Part shown: positions 1 through 49,543 of the stretch, piece by piece
Layout: every line of letters begins with the position of its first letter
Numbering within the stretch: the stretch's first letter is position 1
Assembly (NCBI RefSeq): GCF_009914755.1
Contig: NC_060931.1
Strand: one strand, 5' to 3'
Length of the DNA stretch: 64,000 nt
Origin: the human T2T-CHM13v2.0 reference genome, Homo sapiens
Made by a program: the position numbers and the translations under genes
The notes under the pieces: generated by a model
What the model was told of the DNA's origin: nothing
Databases searched by the model: none
Seen by the model: the letters and a program-made list of their open reading frames with translations, nothing else

Positions 1-3705
<3,705 letters not shown>

Positions 3706-3999
3706 TGATCTGTCAGGGTGTTCCCAGGCAGGGCACTAGGCCAGCTCCTGCCTCATCAAAGGATCAAGACTGGAATTTCCCTCCATTTCCTATCATTTTA
3801 GTCCTCATCTGAGGACCACAGCTGCCAAGTCTGTCTCTCACGAGCACATGCTGGGCATAGGTGAGGGGCAGAGCCCTACATAAGCACCCCTATGCCCTGT
3901 CCAACCTCCCTCCAGAAGCCCCTGTCCTCAGACAGAAGGTGCATCCTCTCCACTTTGGGTCCTTCTCCCCTTCCAAGAAAGGGGTTCAGGGCAAGGAGA

Positions 4000-7176
<3,177 letters not shown>

Positions 7177-8418
7177 TTACAAAAGCACAAACACACACAC
7201 ACACGCACGCACGCTCATTCATCCAGCCAGCGGAACTAACGGTCTACTGGACAGGAAAGCCCTGTTGGAGAGAGAGGGTGGGGAATCCCGCCCAGGCCAA
7301 GGGGGACAGCCCTGCTGCCTTCCACCTGCTGCAGAGCTGCTGACCGGCTCTGATTCAACCCGGAAAACCAGCCCGGTGTTTTGGACACAACATGACCTTT
7401 TACCTGTGGGCCTCTCGGGATTCTCAGAAACAGCAACAGGTGGGGGGTTGGGGGGTTCCCGAGCCTGGGGCTTTCCTTCTGGGCTCAGCCCCCACCTCCG
7501 CCCCCACTTCCCTGATGAGCTGCTACCAAAGATAGACAAGAGCAAATGGAGTTTGGCATGTCATTTCCTGAAAGGATGGGGACTTGAAGACAAGGTCCCC
7601 TGGGCCCAGTTCCCGGAGTTTAGGTTCAAGAACGAGATGCTTGATCCACCCAAAGCAGAACGGCTTCTGCTAGCTCTAAATCGGTGGCTCAGAAAGAGAA
7701 GGGGGCTCCCAAACCTCCTAGACCCTAAAGCTCCTCTGTTGGTCTCTCTAATTTCCCTGGTGTCCCCTGTCCAGGAGCAAGGCCGTGGACACACAACAAC
7801 TGCCTCTGCTTCCTGAGATGCTGATCCTTGGACCAAGCTGGCCAGTCCAGGGCTGAAGGGCTCAGGAGGAGGGAGAGGTCTCTGCCTGCAGGGCCCCAAG
7901 CATCTGCTGTCCCTGGCACGACCCGGGTTGTCTGGGTCTGGGGCCAGTCTCCTAGGGGAATGAGCTGGCAGGCTGGGTTGTACCCAGGGAGTGTGCCTGG
8001 AGGGAGACAGCCGTCGTGGTTCAGGCTGTGAATAACAGGAGCCTCATCTCTGCCCCAGAGCTTCAGGGAAGGGAGCACCTGGCACAGAAGTGACTAAGAG
8101 AGCAGGTCTGGGCGGGTAGCTGACGTGCAGCAAACAAGGGAATAGGAGGTTCCCCCAGGTTCCCACACACGGAGCAAATCCCACGGCCTGCCCTTTGGGG
8201 TCCTCCATGTCCAGACCCTCCAACCTGGTTTCTGCACACAACTGCTTCTCCAGGCTGAGAAGTCCTCCCGACCAGCCCCCAACCATACCCCTCTGCTCTA
8301 TGCCAAGGTCACTGGACCCTTCCTTGTCTGCTCCAGGCCTCACACATCCCCTCTCTAGGGGCCTAATCTGATCTCATGTGTCACTCAAGAGCCTCTTGGT
8401 GTAAATCTCCTTAGAACC

Positions 8419-12870
<4,452 letters not shown>

Positions 12871-13612
12871 AGTGGTCCTTCCCCTCTGCAGTGGAGCAGT
12901 GTGAGTCCATGGAGCAAACCCAGACTGGACAGATGAGGAAGTTCCACGCAGGTGGGGACACACCTTACCACCTTGAATTTCATACTCCCAAATCGGGTTC
13001 TCCCACCATTTGCTGCAAGACTCTCCCAGCTAATGAGGAAGGCAAGCAGCTCAGATGGACAGGTAACAGTTGAGGCTAACCTCCAATGTCATCACAGGGC
13101 GGGGGTGGTTCTGCCCAATACCTGTGCCAACTCTCCCGCCCATGGCATTCCCTGTAGGGTTTTGTGAGGTGGGGAGAAGGGGGAGATGCGGTGGGGATGG
13201 CGATGGCCTCCTCTCCCCTGTCTTAGCCCCTAGCCTGAGTGCTGATTGCAGGAAAGAGCCCAAGTCTGATCCCGGGGGTGCTCAATGCGCCCAGATCATC
13301 CTGCCCTCCCAGACAGAGCAGAAGGGGCCCCGGAGCCCTCTGTCAAGTCTTAGCTGCCTCATATCTGCCACCTCAGCCCCCCTCACCCCAACAGCCCCGG
13401 CTCCCTCCCCCAGGCACCCGGGAAGGCAGTGCTGTTGTGTGAATAACAGTTACTTGTCCTGCCTGCATCAGCCGTTACTCACACAGTCCCGGGAGATCCT
13501 GACACAGATGGGGGTGGGGGCACAGAGGGGACTCATCAGAGCCCCCCAGGAAGGGGACTCAGGGGGAGAGCATGTCATAACTCTCAGATGGGGCTTCGGG
13601 CCCTGGGAGTAG

Positions 13613-24319
<10,707 letters not shown>

Positions 24320-24367
24320 CTAGCCCTACATGCTCACCCACTGCTAGCCAGTTTCCACCCTCTACAG

Positions 24368-24889
24368 CAGAGGTACCCAACCTCTGGGCCAGGGGCCCGT
24401 ACTGGTCCATAGCCTGTTAGGAACCAGGCTGCATAACAGGAGGTGAGTGGCAGGTGAGTGAAATTTCATCTGTAGTTACAGCCACTCCTCATCACTCGCA
24501 TTACCACCAGAGCTCCACTCCCTGTCAGATCAGCGGCGGCATTAGATTCTCATAGGAGCTCGAACCCTATTCTAAACTGTTCATGTGAGGGATCTAGGTT
24601 GCAAGCTCCCTATGAGAATCTAATGCCTGATGATCTGTCACGGTCTCCCATCACCCCTAGATGGGACCATCTAGTTGCAGGAAAACAAGCTCAGGGCTCC
24701 CACTGATTCTACACGATGGTGAATTGTGGAATTATTTCATTATATATATTACAATGTAATAATAATAGAAATAAAGCACACAATAAATGTAATGTGCTTG
24801 AATCATCCCGAAACCATCCCACCCTGGTCTGTGAAAAAATTGTCTTCCATGAAACCAGTCCCTGGTGCCAAAAACGTTGAGGACCACTG
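24368..24889 (+). mobile_element. MER1A non-autonomous hAT-Charlie DNA transposon
   Basis: Terminal inverted repeats CAGAGGTACCCAAC...GTTGAGGACCACTG, 522 bp. 8-bp TSD CTCTACAG (24360-24367) / CTCCACAG (24890-24897). Confidence 0.88.
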
Positions 24890-25168
24890 CTCCACAGAAT
24901 CTATCGGTCACTCTTCCTCCCCTCACCCCCTTGCCCTAAAAGCACACCCTGCAAACCTGCCATGAATTGACACTCTGTTTCTATCCCTTTTCCCCTTGTG
25001 TCTGTGTCTGGAGGAAGAGGATAAAGGACAAGCTGCCCCAAGTCCTAGCGGGCAGCTCGAAGAAGTGAAACTTACACGTTGGTCTCCTGTTTCCTTACCA
25101 AGCTTTTACCATGGTAACCCCTGGTCCCGTTCAGCCACCACCACCCCACCCAGCACACCTCCAACCTC

Positions 25169-25630
25169 AGCCAGACAAGGTTGTTGACACAAGAGAGCCC
25201 TCAGGGGCACAGAGAGAGTCTGGACACGTGGGGAGTCAGCCGTGTATCATCGGAGGCGGCCGGGCACATGGCAGGGATGAGGGAAAGACCAAGAGTCCTC
25301 TGTTGGGCCCAAGTCCTAGACAGACAAAACCTAGACAATCACGTGGCTGGCTGCATGCCCTGTGGCTGTTGGGCTGGGCCCAGGAGGAGGGAGGGGCGCT
25401 CTTTCCTGGAGGTGGTCCAGAGCACCGGGTGGACAGCCCTGGGGGAAAACTTCCACGTTTTGATGGAGGTTATCTTTGATAACTCCACAGTGACCTGGTT
25501 CGCCAAAGGAAAAGCAGGCAACGTGAGCTGTTTTTTTTTTCTCCAAGCTGAACACTAGGGGTCCTAGGCTTTTTGGGTCACCCGGCATGGCAGACAGTCA
25601 ACCTGGCAGGACATCCGGGAGAGACAGACA
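25169..25630 (+). promoter_or_regulatory. SERPINE1: Three SMAD3/4 CAGA boxes and PE2 E-box (TGF-beta response)
   Basis: AGCCAGACA 25169-25177, AGACAGACA 25318-25326 and 25622-25630 (about -730/-580/-280). CACGTG at 25340-25345. Confidence 0.9.
25225..25233 (+). promoter_or_regulatory. SERPINE1: E-box plus -675 4G/5G polymorphic site (4G allele)
   Basis: GGACACGTGGGGAGTCAG: CACGTG 25225-25230 and four Gs at 25230-25233. Confidence 0.93.
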
Positions 25631-25644
25631 CAGGCAGAGGGCAG

Positions 25645-25767
25645 AAAGGTCAAGGGAGGTTCTCAGGCCAAGGCTATTGGGGTTTGCTCAATTGTTCCTG
25701 AATGCTCTTACACACGTACACACACAGAGCAGCACACACACACACACACACATGCCTCAGCAAGTCC
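25645..25767 (+). promoter_or_regulatory. SERPINE1: NBRE, HIF response element and p53 response element
   Basis: AAAGGTCA 25645-25652; CACGTACA 25713-25720; ACACATGCCT-CAGCAAGTCC 25748-25767 (two p53 half-sites). Confidence 0.82.
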
Positions 25768-25876
25768 CAGAGAGGGAGGTGTCGAGGGGGACCCGCTGGC
25801 TGTTCAGACGGACTCCCAGAGCCAGTGAGTGGGTGGGGCTGGAACATGAGTTCATCTATTTCCTGCCCACATCTGG

Positions 25877-25883
25877 TATAAAA
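25877..25883 (+). promoter_or_regulatory. SERPINE1: TATA box
   Basis: TATAAAA about 30 nt before exon 1. AP-1-like TGAGTTCA at 25847-25854 and GT/GC boxes just upstream. Confidence 0.95.
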
Positions 25884-25907
25884 GGAGGCAGTGGCCCACA
25901 GAGGAGC

Positions 25908-26048
25908 ACAGCTGTGTTTGGCTGCAGGGCCAAGAGCGCTGTCAAGAAGACCCACACGCCCCCCTCCAGCAGCTGAATTCCTGCAGCTCAGCAGCCGCCG
26001 CCAGAGCAGGACGAACCGCCAATCGCAAGGCACCTCTGAGAACTTCAG
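25908..26048 (+). other. SERPINE1: SERPINE1 exon 1 (non-coding; TSS approximate)
   Basis: Starts about 30 nt after TATAAAA (25877-25883). Ends at AACTTCAG|GTAGGA donor. Matches the PAI-1 5'UTR as I recall it. Confidence 0.9.
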
Positions 26049-27074
26049 GTAGGAGAAAAGCAAACTCCCTCCAACCTCTTACTTCGGGCTTAAGGCAGAG
26101 AACTCGCCTCCCCAGAATCTCCTCCCTCCATGATCCCCCGCTATTCCTCTATTTTCTTTTCCTCGGACCTGCAGCCTTGGGTCGACCCTGCCCTAGGGGT
26201 GACTGCAGGAGAGCAGGGAGGATGGTCAGGCGTCACCAACAACCCCATCACCCAGTAACAAGAACCTTGACTCTCTCAGTCCCTCTGCATCAAGACACTT
26301 ACCCATTTCCCACCTCATGCCTGCTAACTTGAATGAAACAATCGCTGGGAAAGCATTAAGAGAATTAAGGCTGGGCACTGTGGCTCATGCCTGTAATCCC
26401 AGCACTTTGTGAGGCTGAGGCAGGCAGATAACTTGAGCCCAGGAGTTTGAGACCAGCCTGGGCAACATGGCAAAACCCTGCTCTCCCAAAAAAATACAAA
26501 AATTAGCTGGGCGTGCTGGTGTGCCTGTATTCCCAGCTACTTGGGAGGCTGAGGTGGGAGGATTGCTTCAGCTGGGGAGGCGGAGGCTGCAGGGAGCCAA
26601 GACTGAGCCATTGCACCCAGCCTGGGTGACAGAGCAAGACCCTGTCTCTAAAAATGAATGAAAGGAAGGAAGAAAGAGAGAGAAAGAGAGAGAGGAAAGA
26701 AGGAAGGAAGTAAAGAAGAAAGAAAGAAAGAAAGAGGAAAGAGGAAGAAAGAAAGAAAAGAAAGAAAAGAAAAGAAAGCAAATTTAAAGCTTATGCAAAT
26801 CAAAGATGTTGTGATAATTGATAATTGAGTCTGGGCTAAATTCCCCCTGGGCTGCAAAGGCAGAGAGTGGTAATGACTTCTCACCTGCTTTTCTTCTAAG
26901 GCTTTTTTACGGGACACAGAGGGAAGGGAGATGGACTGGATTCCAAGATTCCCACAGGGCAAGATGGGCGAAGACTCCCTGCCACTGCCCGGGGATAAGT
27001 CAGTCTGAGTGAGACGGAGTGGGATGGGCTTAGAACCTGAACATGTCATGGTCTCTTCCTGCACCTTGCCCTAG

Positions 27075-27734
<660 letters not shown>

Positions 27735-27812
27735 TAAAGAATTCATGAGCCGGGCGCGGTGGCTCAAACGCCTGTAATCCCAGCACTTTGGGAGGCCAAG
27801 GCGGGCGGATCA

Positions 27813-28061
<249 letters not shown>

Positions 28062-28464
28062 TTACACTTGTGAAATACTTAGCATAGCCATCACTATAGG
28101 AAAAAAATCTAAGGCCAGGCACAGTGCCTCATGCCTGTAATCTCAGCACTTTTGGAGTTTGAGGCAGGAGGATCACCCAAGGCTAGGAGTTCAAGGCCAG
28201 CCTGGGCAATACGGTGAAACCCCGTCTCTAATAAAAATATAAAAATTAGTCTGATGAGGTGGTGCACCTGTAATCCCAGCTACTCAGGAAGCTGAGACAC
28301 AAGAATCACTTTAACCCGGGAGGTGGAGGTGGCAGTGAGCTGAGATCACACCATTGCACTCCAGCCTAGGTGACAGAGTGAGACCTGTCAAAAAAAAAAA
28401 AAGAAAGAGAGAGAGAGAGAGAAGAGAGAGAAAGAAAGAAGAAGAAAGAAAGAAAGAGAGAGAG

Positions 28465-28505
<41 letters not shown>

Positions 28506-28667
28506 CAAAGAAAGAAAGGAAAAGAAAAAAAAAACTAAGGCCAGGCAAGGTGGCTTATGACTGTAATTTCAGCACTTTGGAAGATTGAGGCAGGAGGATC
28601 ACTTGAGGCCAGAAGTTCGAGACAAGACTGAGCAACAGGGAGACCCCTGCCTCTACAAAAAAATTTA

Positions 28668-28859
<192 letters not shown>

Positions 28860-29055
28860 TTAGGGTTCATCCAGGAGGCAGAGGTTGCAGTAAGCTGACA
28901 TCGCGCCATTGCACTCCAGCCTGGGAGACAAGAGCAAAACTCCAACTCAAAAAAAAAAAAAAAAAAAAACAGGAAGAAAATATTTAGGGTTCATAACTTA
29001 AGAACAGAGAAAAATATTCTAGCCCAAAGAAAGGGTTGGGATCTGAGACTTTTGA

Positions 29056-29574
<519 letters not shown>

Positions 29575-29604
29575 TAATCCCAGCCCAACACTTTGGGAGG
29601 TCTA

Positions 29605-29814
<210 letters not shown>

Positions 29815-30363
29815 TCACAGAACAAGACCTCATCTCTAAAAAACAAACAAAAACCAAATCCACATATCCTAAAAAATGCTCCTTTTCAGCATTCTCTTCT
29901 CTATGGACAAAGGGCTGGATGCTTTAAGAACCAAATCTTAGGCTGGGCACGGTGGCTCACGCCTCTAATCCTAGCACTTTGAGAGGCCAAGGCGGGCAGA
30001 TTGCCTGAGCACAGGAGTTCGAGACCAGCCTGGCCAACATGGTGAAACCCTGTTTCTGTCAAAAATACAAAAAATTAGCCAGGTGTGTTGGCGCGTGCCT
30101 ATAATCCCAGCTGCTCGGGAGGATGAGGTTCAAGGAATCACTTGAACCCGGGAGGCAGAGGCTGCAGTGAGCTGAGATCATGCCACTGCACTCCAGCCTG
30201 GGTGACAGAGCAAGACTTTGTCTCCAAAAAAAGGAACTAGACGGGTTCATTTAAACCCCTGACTGCAGCCCTTTGACATACATCCAATTGAGGACTGGGG
30301 ACTCCGGGAAACATCTAAAAGGCTTAAAAACTTTGTCTAACTTCAGCCGGGCATGGTGGCTCA

Positions 30364-31028
<665 letters not shown>

Positions 31029-31320
31029 TAGAATATACTCCAGCTTTGACAAAGATTTCCCAAGCAGGAGACATCAGGATAATGGGAACAGAAGACAGGA
31101 GGTTTATCCCATGAAGGATGAAGAAGCTGAAATCCAGAGATTCCCTCAGGGCCACATTTGTCCACCTGACTCCAGGGTCTCATCTTCGTGTGTTGCTAGT
31201 GTGATTACCTGGGGATGAGAAATCCTGCTGGGGGAGTTGAGGTTAAGAGGATGAGGACTCCAGGTGCTGTGGCTCACGCCTGTAATCCCAGCACTTTGGG
31301 AGGCCAAGGCAGGTGGATCA

Positions 31321-31647
<327 letters not shown>

Positions 31648-31772
31648 TCACGCCTATAATCCCAGCACTTTGGGAGGCTGAGAAGGGGGATTGCTTGAGG
31701 CCAGAAGTTGAATACCAGTCTGGGCAGCATAGCAAGACCCTGCCTCTACAAAAAAAAAATTTTTTTTAATTA

Positions 31773-32279
<507 letters not shown>

Positions 32280-32336
32280 TTAGAAGATACTGAATTGGCA
32301 GAAGAGAAGGGAAATAGAAATTAAAATACTGAATAG

Positions 32337-32696
<360 letters not shown>

Positions 32697-33689
32697 TAAG
32701 CCACCCCGCTATCTCCCCGACCTACCAACCCCTCTCTCCTGGCTCCCTAAAGTCACCGCCCCCAGGTTGAATTTCCCAGATCTGTGACGCTTGCAGGACA
32801 TGCATGTGTGGGAGGCTGATGGGAAACTGTGGCCTGGGTTTGATTATGAGTCTTGCAATCATCCCTCCCCCTGTTTCTGCTGGAGGGCAGGGGACAGCTC
32901 TTCCTGACCACACCCCCACATTGACTATCCCCAGAATACCCAGCAAAAGCCCCCAAAAGGAGAGTCAGAGAAATGAGGGAGGTGGGGGCCCAATCAGTCC
33001 ACATCTACTTAGGGTCGCCCCATCAGCACTTCCATCCCCAACCCTTTCAAGTCAACATCCAAACAAAAGAAATCACTTCCAAGGACGGAGCAGCTCAAAG
33101 CGCAGCTTCTAGCTGGGGTTCCAAGAAAGCAGATTTTTCGAAATCCTTCTGCAGAAGGAAGCAAAGAGATTTTTTGAAATCTTTCTGCAGAAGGAGAAGG
33201 CTGGAGCTGGGGAACTCCAGAATTATAGGGAAGCCTCCCACCACGCTCATCCCAAATTTCCGGATGCTATAATGCCAGGCTTGGGGAAAGAGGAGAATTT
33301 AGTTGGTTAGCTGGTGCGTGCTCTCACTTGCATCCTCTCTCTTCCTCTTTTTTTTTTTTCTCCTCTCTCTCTGGCTCATAAAAATGGAGGTAATTAGTTG
33401 TGCCCTGGTGAGAAGCAGAGAGTGCACAAAGGCCCCCTGCTTGAGTCCTCTTCAGGGTTAGCTCTCAGAAACACAATCTGCAGAACAGATTTTTGTTCCA
33501 ACATCCTTGCAGGAGAATTTGCCCTTAGCTTCCCCCACCCCAGCCAGGCTGAATAAAATTATGCTGAAACTACTGTCTTATTTGAGGAAAGTAATTAGTC
33601 ATAGGTGGGAGGGGGTGGGGAGATTGCAGAAGAATGTTCATGAATATTAGGATTTTCAGCTCTAAGGGGGGACTTTGTAAACAGCTTTA

Positions 33690-34392
<703 letters not shown>

Positions 34393-34484
34393 GTAAGAAG
34401 ACTTTCCTTTGCATTTTCTCACCCCAGTGGACTGCGGGGGCCCCTAAGAGGAAAAAGGAACCTCTCCTTGAGAGCGGCAGCTGA

Positions 34485-34832
<348 letters not shown>

Positions 34833-34875
34833 TAAAGAAAAACCCAAGTTGTTCCCACAGTGGGAAGTAAACTTA

Positions 34876-35310
<435 letters not shown>

Positions 35311-35450
35311 TTAAAGGATTTAGATAAATGTGTGTAAGGGAAGAGCTGATCCATTGCTACCAAGCTCCTGGAGGAAACCAGGTCTCAGAGGATGTCCCTA
35401 AACTTTTAAGGTTCATATTCAGGAAAACAAACAACTTCCAGCTGGGCTTA

Positions 35451-35722
<272 letters not shown>

Positions 35723-35778
35723 CTAAGAAAAACGGCGGGGGTGGGGGTGGTGCCAGTGCCAGCATCCCTCTGTTCTAA

Positions 35779-36000
<222 letters not shown>

Positions 36001-36204
36001 TAACCCTACCCTGCTTCCTGTCCCAAGAGGAGGCTACCTTCTATCACCCACAGACAGTGCCGGGTCCCCGCTCTGTGACTCAGGCAGCTGCGACTCCAGA
36101 CAGCTCACTCATCTGCCTAGATCTCAGTCCTTCCACCCACATCCAGCCTGATGAGCTGTCCCACTCCTTCTGCTTCTCAACCCCCATGGTTCTTCCACCC
36201 TCAG

Positions 36205-36242
36205 GAACAGTCCTTTTCATGGGCCAAGTGATGGAACCCTGA
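36205..36242 (+). CDS. SERPINE1: PAI-1 exon 9 CDS (GTVLFMGQVMEP*)
   Basis: cctcag| acceptor, TGA at 36240-36242. CDS total 271+234+195+199+101+87+84+38=1209 nt = 402 aa plus stop. Confidence 0.99.
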
Positions 36243-37082
36243 CCCTGGGGAAAGACGCCTTCATCTGGGACAAAACTGGAGATGCATCGGGAAAGAAGAA
36301 ACTCCGAAGAAAAGAATTTTAGTGTTAATGACTCTTTCTGAAGGAAGAGAAGACATTTGCCTTTTGTTAAAAGATGGTAAACCAGATCTGTCTCCAAGAC
36401 CTTGGCCTCTCCTTGGAGGACCTTTAGGTCAAACTCCCTAGTCTCCACCTGAGACCCTGGGAGAGAAGTTTGAAGCACAACTCCCTTAAGGTCTCCAAAC
36501 CAGACGGTGACGCCTGCGGGACCATCTGGGGCACCTGCTTCCACCCGTCTCTCTGCCCACTCGGGTCTGCAGACCTGGTTCCCACTGAGGCCCTTTGCAG
36601 GACGGAACTACGGGGCTTACAGGAGCTTTTGTGTGCCTGGTAGAAACTATTTCTGTTCCAGTCACATTGCCATCACTCTTGTACTGCCTGCCACCGCGGA
36701 GGAGGCTGGTGACAGGCCAAAGGCCAGTGGAAGAAACACCCTTTCATCTCAGAGTCCACTGTGGCACTGGCCACCCCTCCCCAGTACAGGGGTGCTGCAG
36801 GTGGCAGAGTGAATGTCCCCCATCATGTGGCCCAACTCTCCTGGCCTGGCCATCTCCCTCCCCAGAAACAGTGTGCATGGGTTATTTTGGAGTGTAGGTG
36901 ACTTGTTTACTCATTGAAGCAGATTTCTGCTTCCTTTTATTTTTATAGGAATAGAGGAAGAAAGGTCAGATGCGTGCCCAGCTCTTCACCCCCCAATCTC
37001 TTGGTGGGGAGGGGTGTACCTAAATATTTATCATATCCTTGCCCTTGAGTGCTTGTTAGAGAGAAAGAGAACTACTAAGGAA

Positions 37083-37130
37083 AATAATATTATTTAAACT
37101 CGCTCCTAGTGTTTCTTTGTGGTCTGTGTC
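37083..37130 (+). terminator. SERPINE1: SERPINE1 proximal non-canonical poly(A) region (about 2.2-kb mRNA)
   Basis: AATAAT at 37083-37088 followed by GU-rich GTGTTTCTTTGTGGTCTGTGT. Spliced length to here is about 2.2 kb, matching the known short PAI-1 mRNA. Confidence 0.7.
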
Positions 37131-37230
37131 ACCGTATCTCAGGAAGTCCAGCCACTTGACTGGCACACACCCCTCCGGACATCCAGCGTGACGGAGCCCA
37201 CACTGCCACCTTGTGGCCGCCTGAGACCCT

Positions 37231-37256
37231 CGCGCCCCCCGCGCCCCCCGCGCCCC
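37231..37256 (+). repeat. Triplicated 9-mer CGCGCCCCC in the SERPINE1 3'UTR
   Basis: Copies at 37231, 37240 and 37249 (last is 8 nt). Corresponds to the 9-bp ins/del polymorphism as recalled. Confidence 0.85.
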
Positions 37257-37612
37257 TCTTTTTCCCCTTGATGGAAATTGACCATACAATTTCATCCTCC
37301 TTCAGGGGATCAAAAGGACGGAGTGGGGGGACAGAGACTCAGATGAGGACAGAGTGGTTTCCAATGTGTTCAATAGATTTAGGAGCAGAAATGCAAGGGG
37401 CTGCATGACCTACCAGGACAGAACTTTCCCCAATTACAGGGTGACTCACAGCCGCATTGGTGACTCACTTCAATGTGTCATTTCCGGCTGCTGTGTGTGA
37501 GCAGTGGACACGTGAGGGGGGGGTGGGTGAGAGAGACAGGCAGCTCGGATTCAACTACCTTAGATAATATTTCTGAAAACCTACCAGCCAGAGGGTAGGG
37601 CACAAAGATGGA

Positions 37613-37710
37613 TGTAATGCACTTTGGGAGGCCAAGGCGGGAGGATTGCTTGAGCCCAGGAGTTCAAGACCAGCCTGGGCAACATACCAAGACCCCCGTC
37701 TCTTTAAAAA
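37613..37710 (+). mobile_element. Alu left-monomer fragment in the SERPINE1 long 3'UTR
   Basis: GCACTTTGGGAGGCCAAGGCGGGAGGATTGCTTGAGCCCAGGAGTTCAAGACC. Confidence 0.9.
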
Positions 37711-38005
37711 TATATATATTTTAAATATACTTAAATATATATTTCTAATATCTTTAAATATATATATATATTTTAAAGACCAATTTATGGGAGAATTGCA
37801 CACAGATGTGAAATGAATGTAATCTAATAGAAGCCTAATCAGCCCACCATGTTCTCCACTGAAAAATCCTCTTTCTTTGGGGTTTTTCTTTCTTTCTTTT
37901 TTGATTTTGCACTGGACGGTGACGTCAGCCATGTACAGGATCCACAGGGGTGGTGTCAAATGCTATTGAAATTGTGTTGAATTGTATGCTTTTTCACTTT
38001 TGATA

Positions 38006-38050
38006 AATAAACATGTAAAAATGTTTCAAAAAAATAATAAAATAAATAAA
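38006..38050 (+). terminator. SERPINE1: SERPINE1 distal poly(A) signals (about 3.2-kb mRNA)
   Basis: AATAAA at 38006-38011 and overlapping copies at 38036-38050. Confidence 0.88.
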
Positions 38051-38084
38051 TACGAAGAATATGTCAGGACAGTCACTGCCTTCA

Positions 38085-48476
<10,392 letters not shown>

Positions 48477-48575
48477 CATACTTCTAGTCCTTGCTTTCAT
48501 TCCATATGATTTATCCTTTCTAATCCTAACAACTTGCTTTATTGATCTTATTCTTGACCTACAAATGATACCAGG

Positions 48576-49543
48576 TGAAGGGGTGGGTTGCCCCCCACAC
48601 CTGTGGGTGTTTCTCGTTAGGTGGAACGAGAGATTTGGAAAAGAAAAAGACACAGAGACAAAGTATAGAGAAAGAAATAAGGGGACCCAGGGAACCAGCG
48701 TTCAGCATATGGAGGATCCCGCCAGCCTCTGAGTTCCCTTAGTATTTATTGATCATTCATGGGTGTTTCTCCGAGAGGGGGATGTGGCAGGGTCACAAGA
48801 CAATAGTGGGGAGAGGGTCAGCAGACAAACACGTGAACAAAGGTCTTTGCATCATAGACAGGGTAAAGAATCAAGTGCTGTGCTTTTAGATATGCATACA
48901 CATAAACGTCTCAATGCTTTACAAAGCAGTATTGCTGCCCGCATGTCCCACCTCCAGCCCTAAGACGGTTTTTCCCTATCTCAGTAGATGGAACGTACAA
49001 TCGGGTTTTATACCAAGACATTCCATTGCCCAGGGACGGGCAGGAGACAGATGCCTTCCTCTTGTCTCAACTGCAAGAGGCATGCCTTCCTCTTATACTA
49101 ATCCTCCTCAGCACAGACCCTTTACGGGTGTCGGGCTGGGGGACAGTCAGGTCTTTCCCTTCCCACGAGGCCATATTTCAGACTATCCCATGGGGAGAAA
49201 CCTTGGACAATACCTGGCTTTCCTAGGCAGAGGTCCCTGCGGCCTTCCGCAGTGTTTGTGTCCCTGGGTACTTGAGATTAGGGAGTGGTGATGACTCTTA
49301 AGGAGCATGCTGCCTTCAAGCATCTGTTTAACAAAGCACATCTTGCACCGCCCTTAATCCATTTAACCCTGAGTTTGACACAGCACATGTTTCAGAGAGC
49401 ACGGGGTTGGGGGTAAGGTCATAGATTAACAGAAACTCAAGGCAGAAGAATTTGTCTTAGTACAGAACAAAATGGAGTCTCCTATGTCTACTTCTTTCTA
49501 CACAGACACAGTAACAATCTGATCTGTCTTGCTTTTCCCCACA
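48576..49543 (-). mobile_element. HERV-K(HML-2) solo LTR, LTR5_Hs type
   Basis: Minus strand reads TGTGGGGAAAAGCAAGA...GGCAACCCACCCCTTCA, 968 bp. 6-bp TSD ACCAGG (48570-48575, 49544-49549). TATAAAA (49006-49012) and AATAAA (48745-48750) on the minus strand. Confidence 0.93.
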
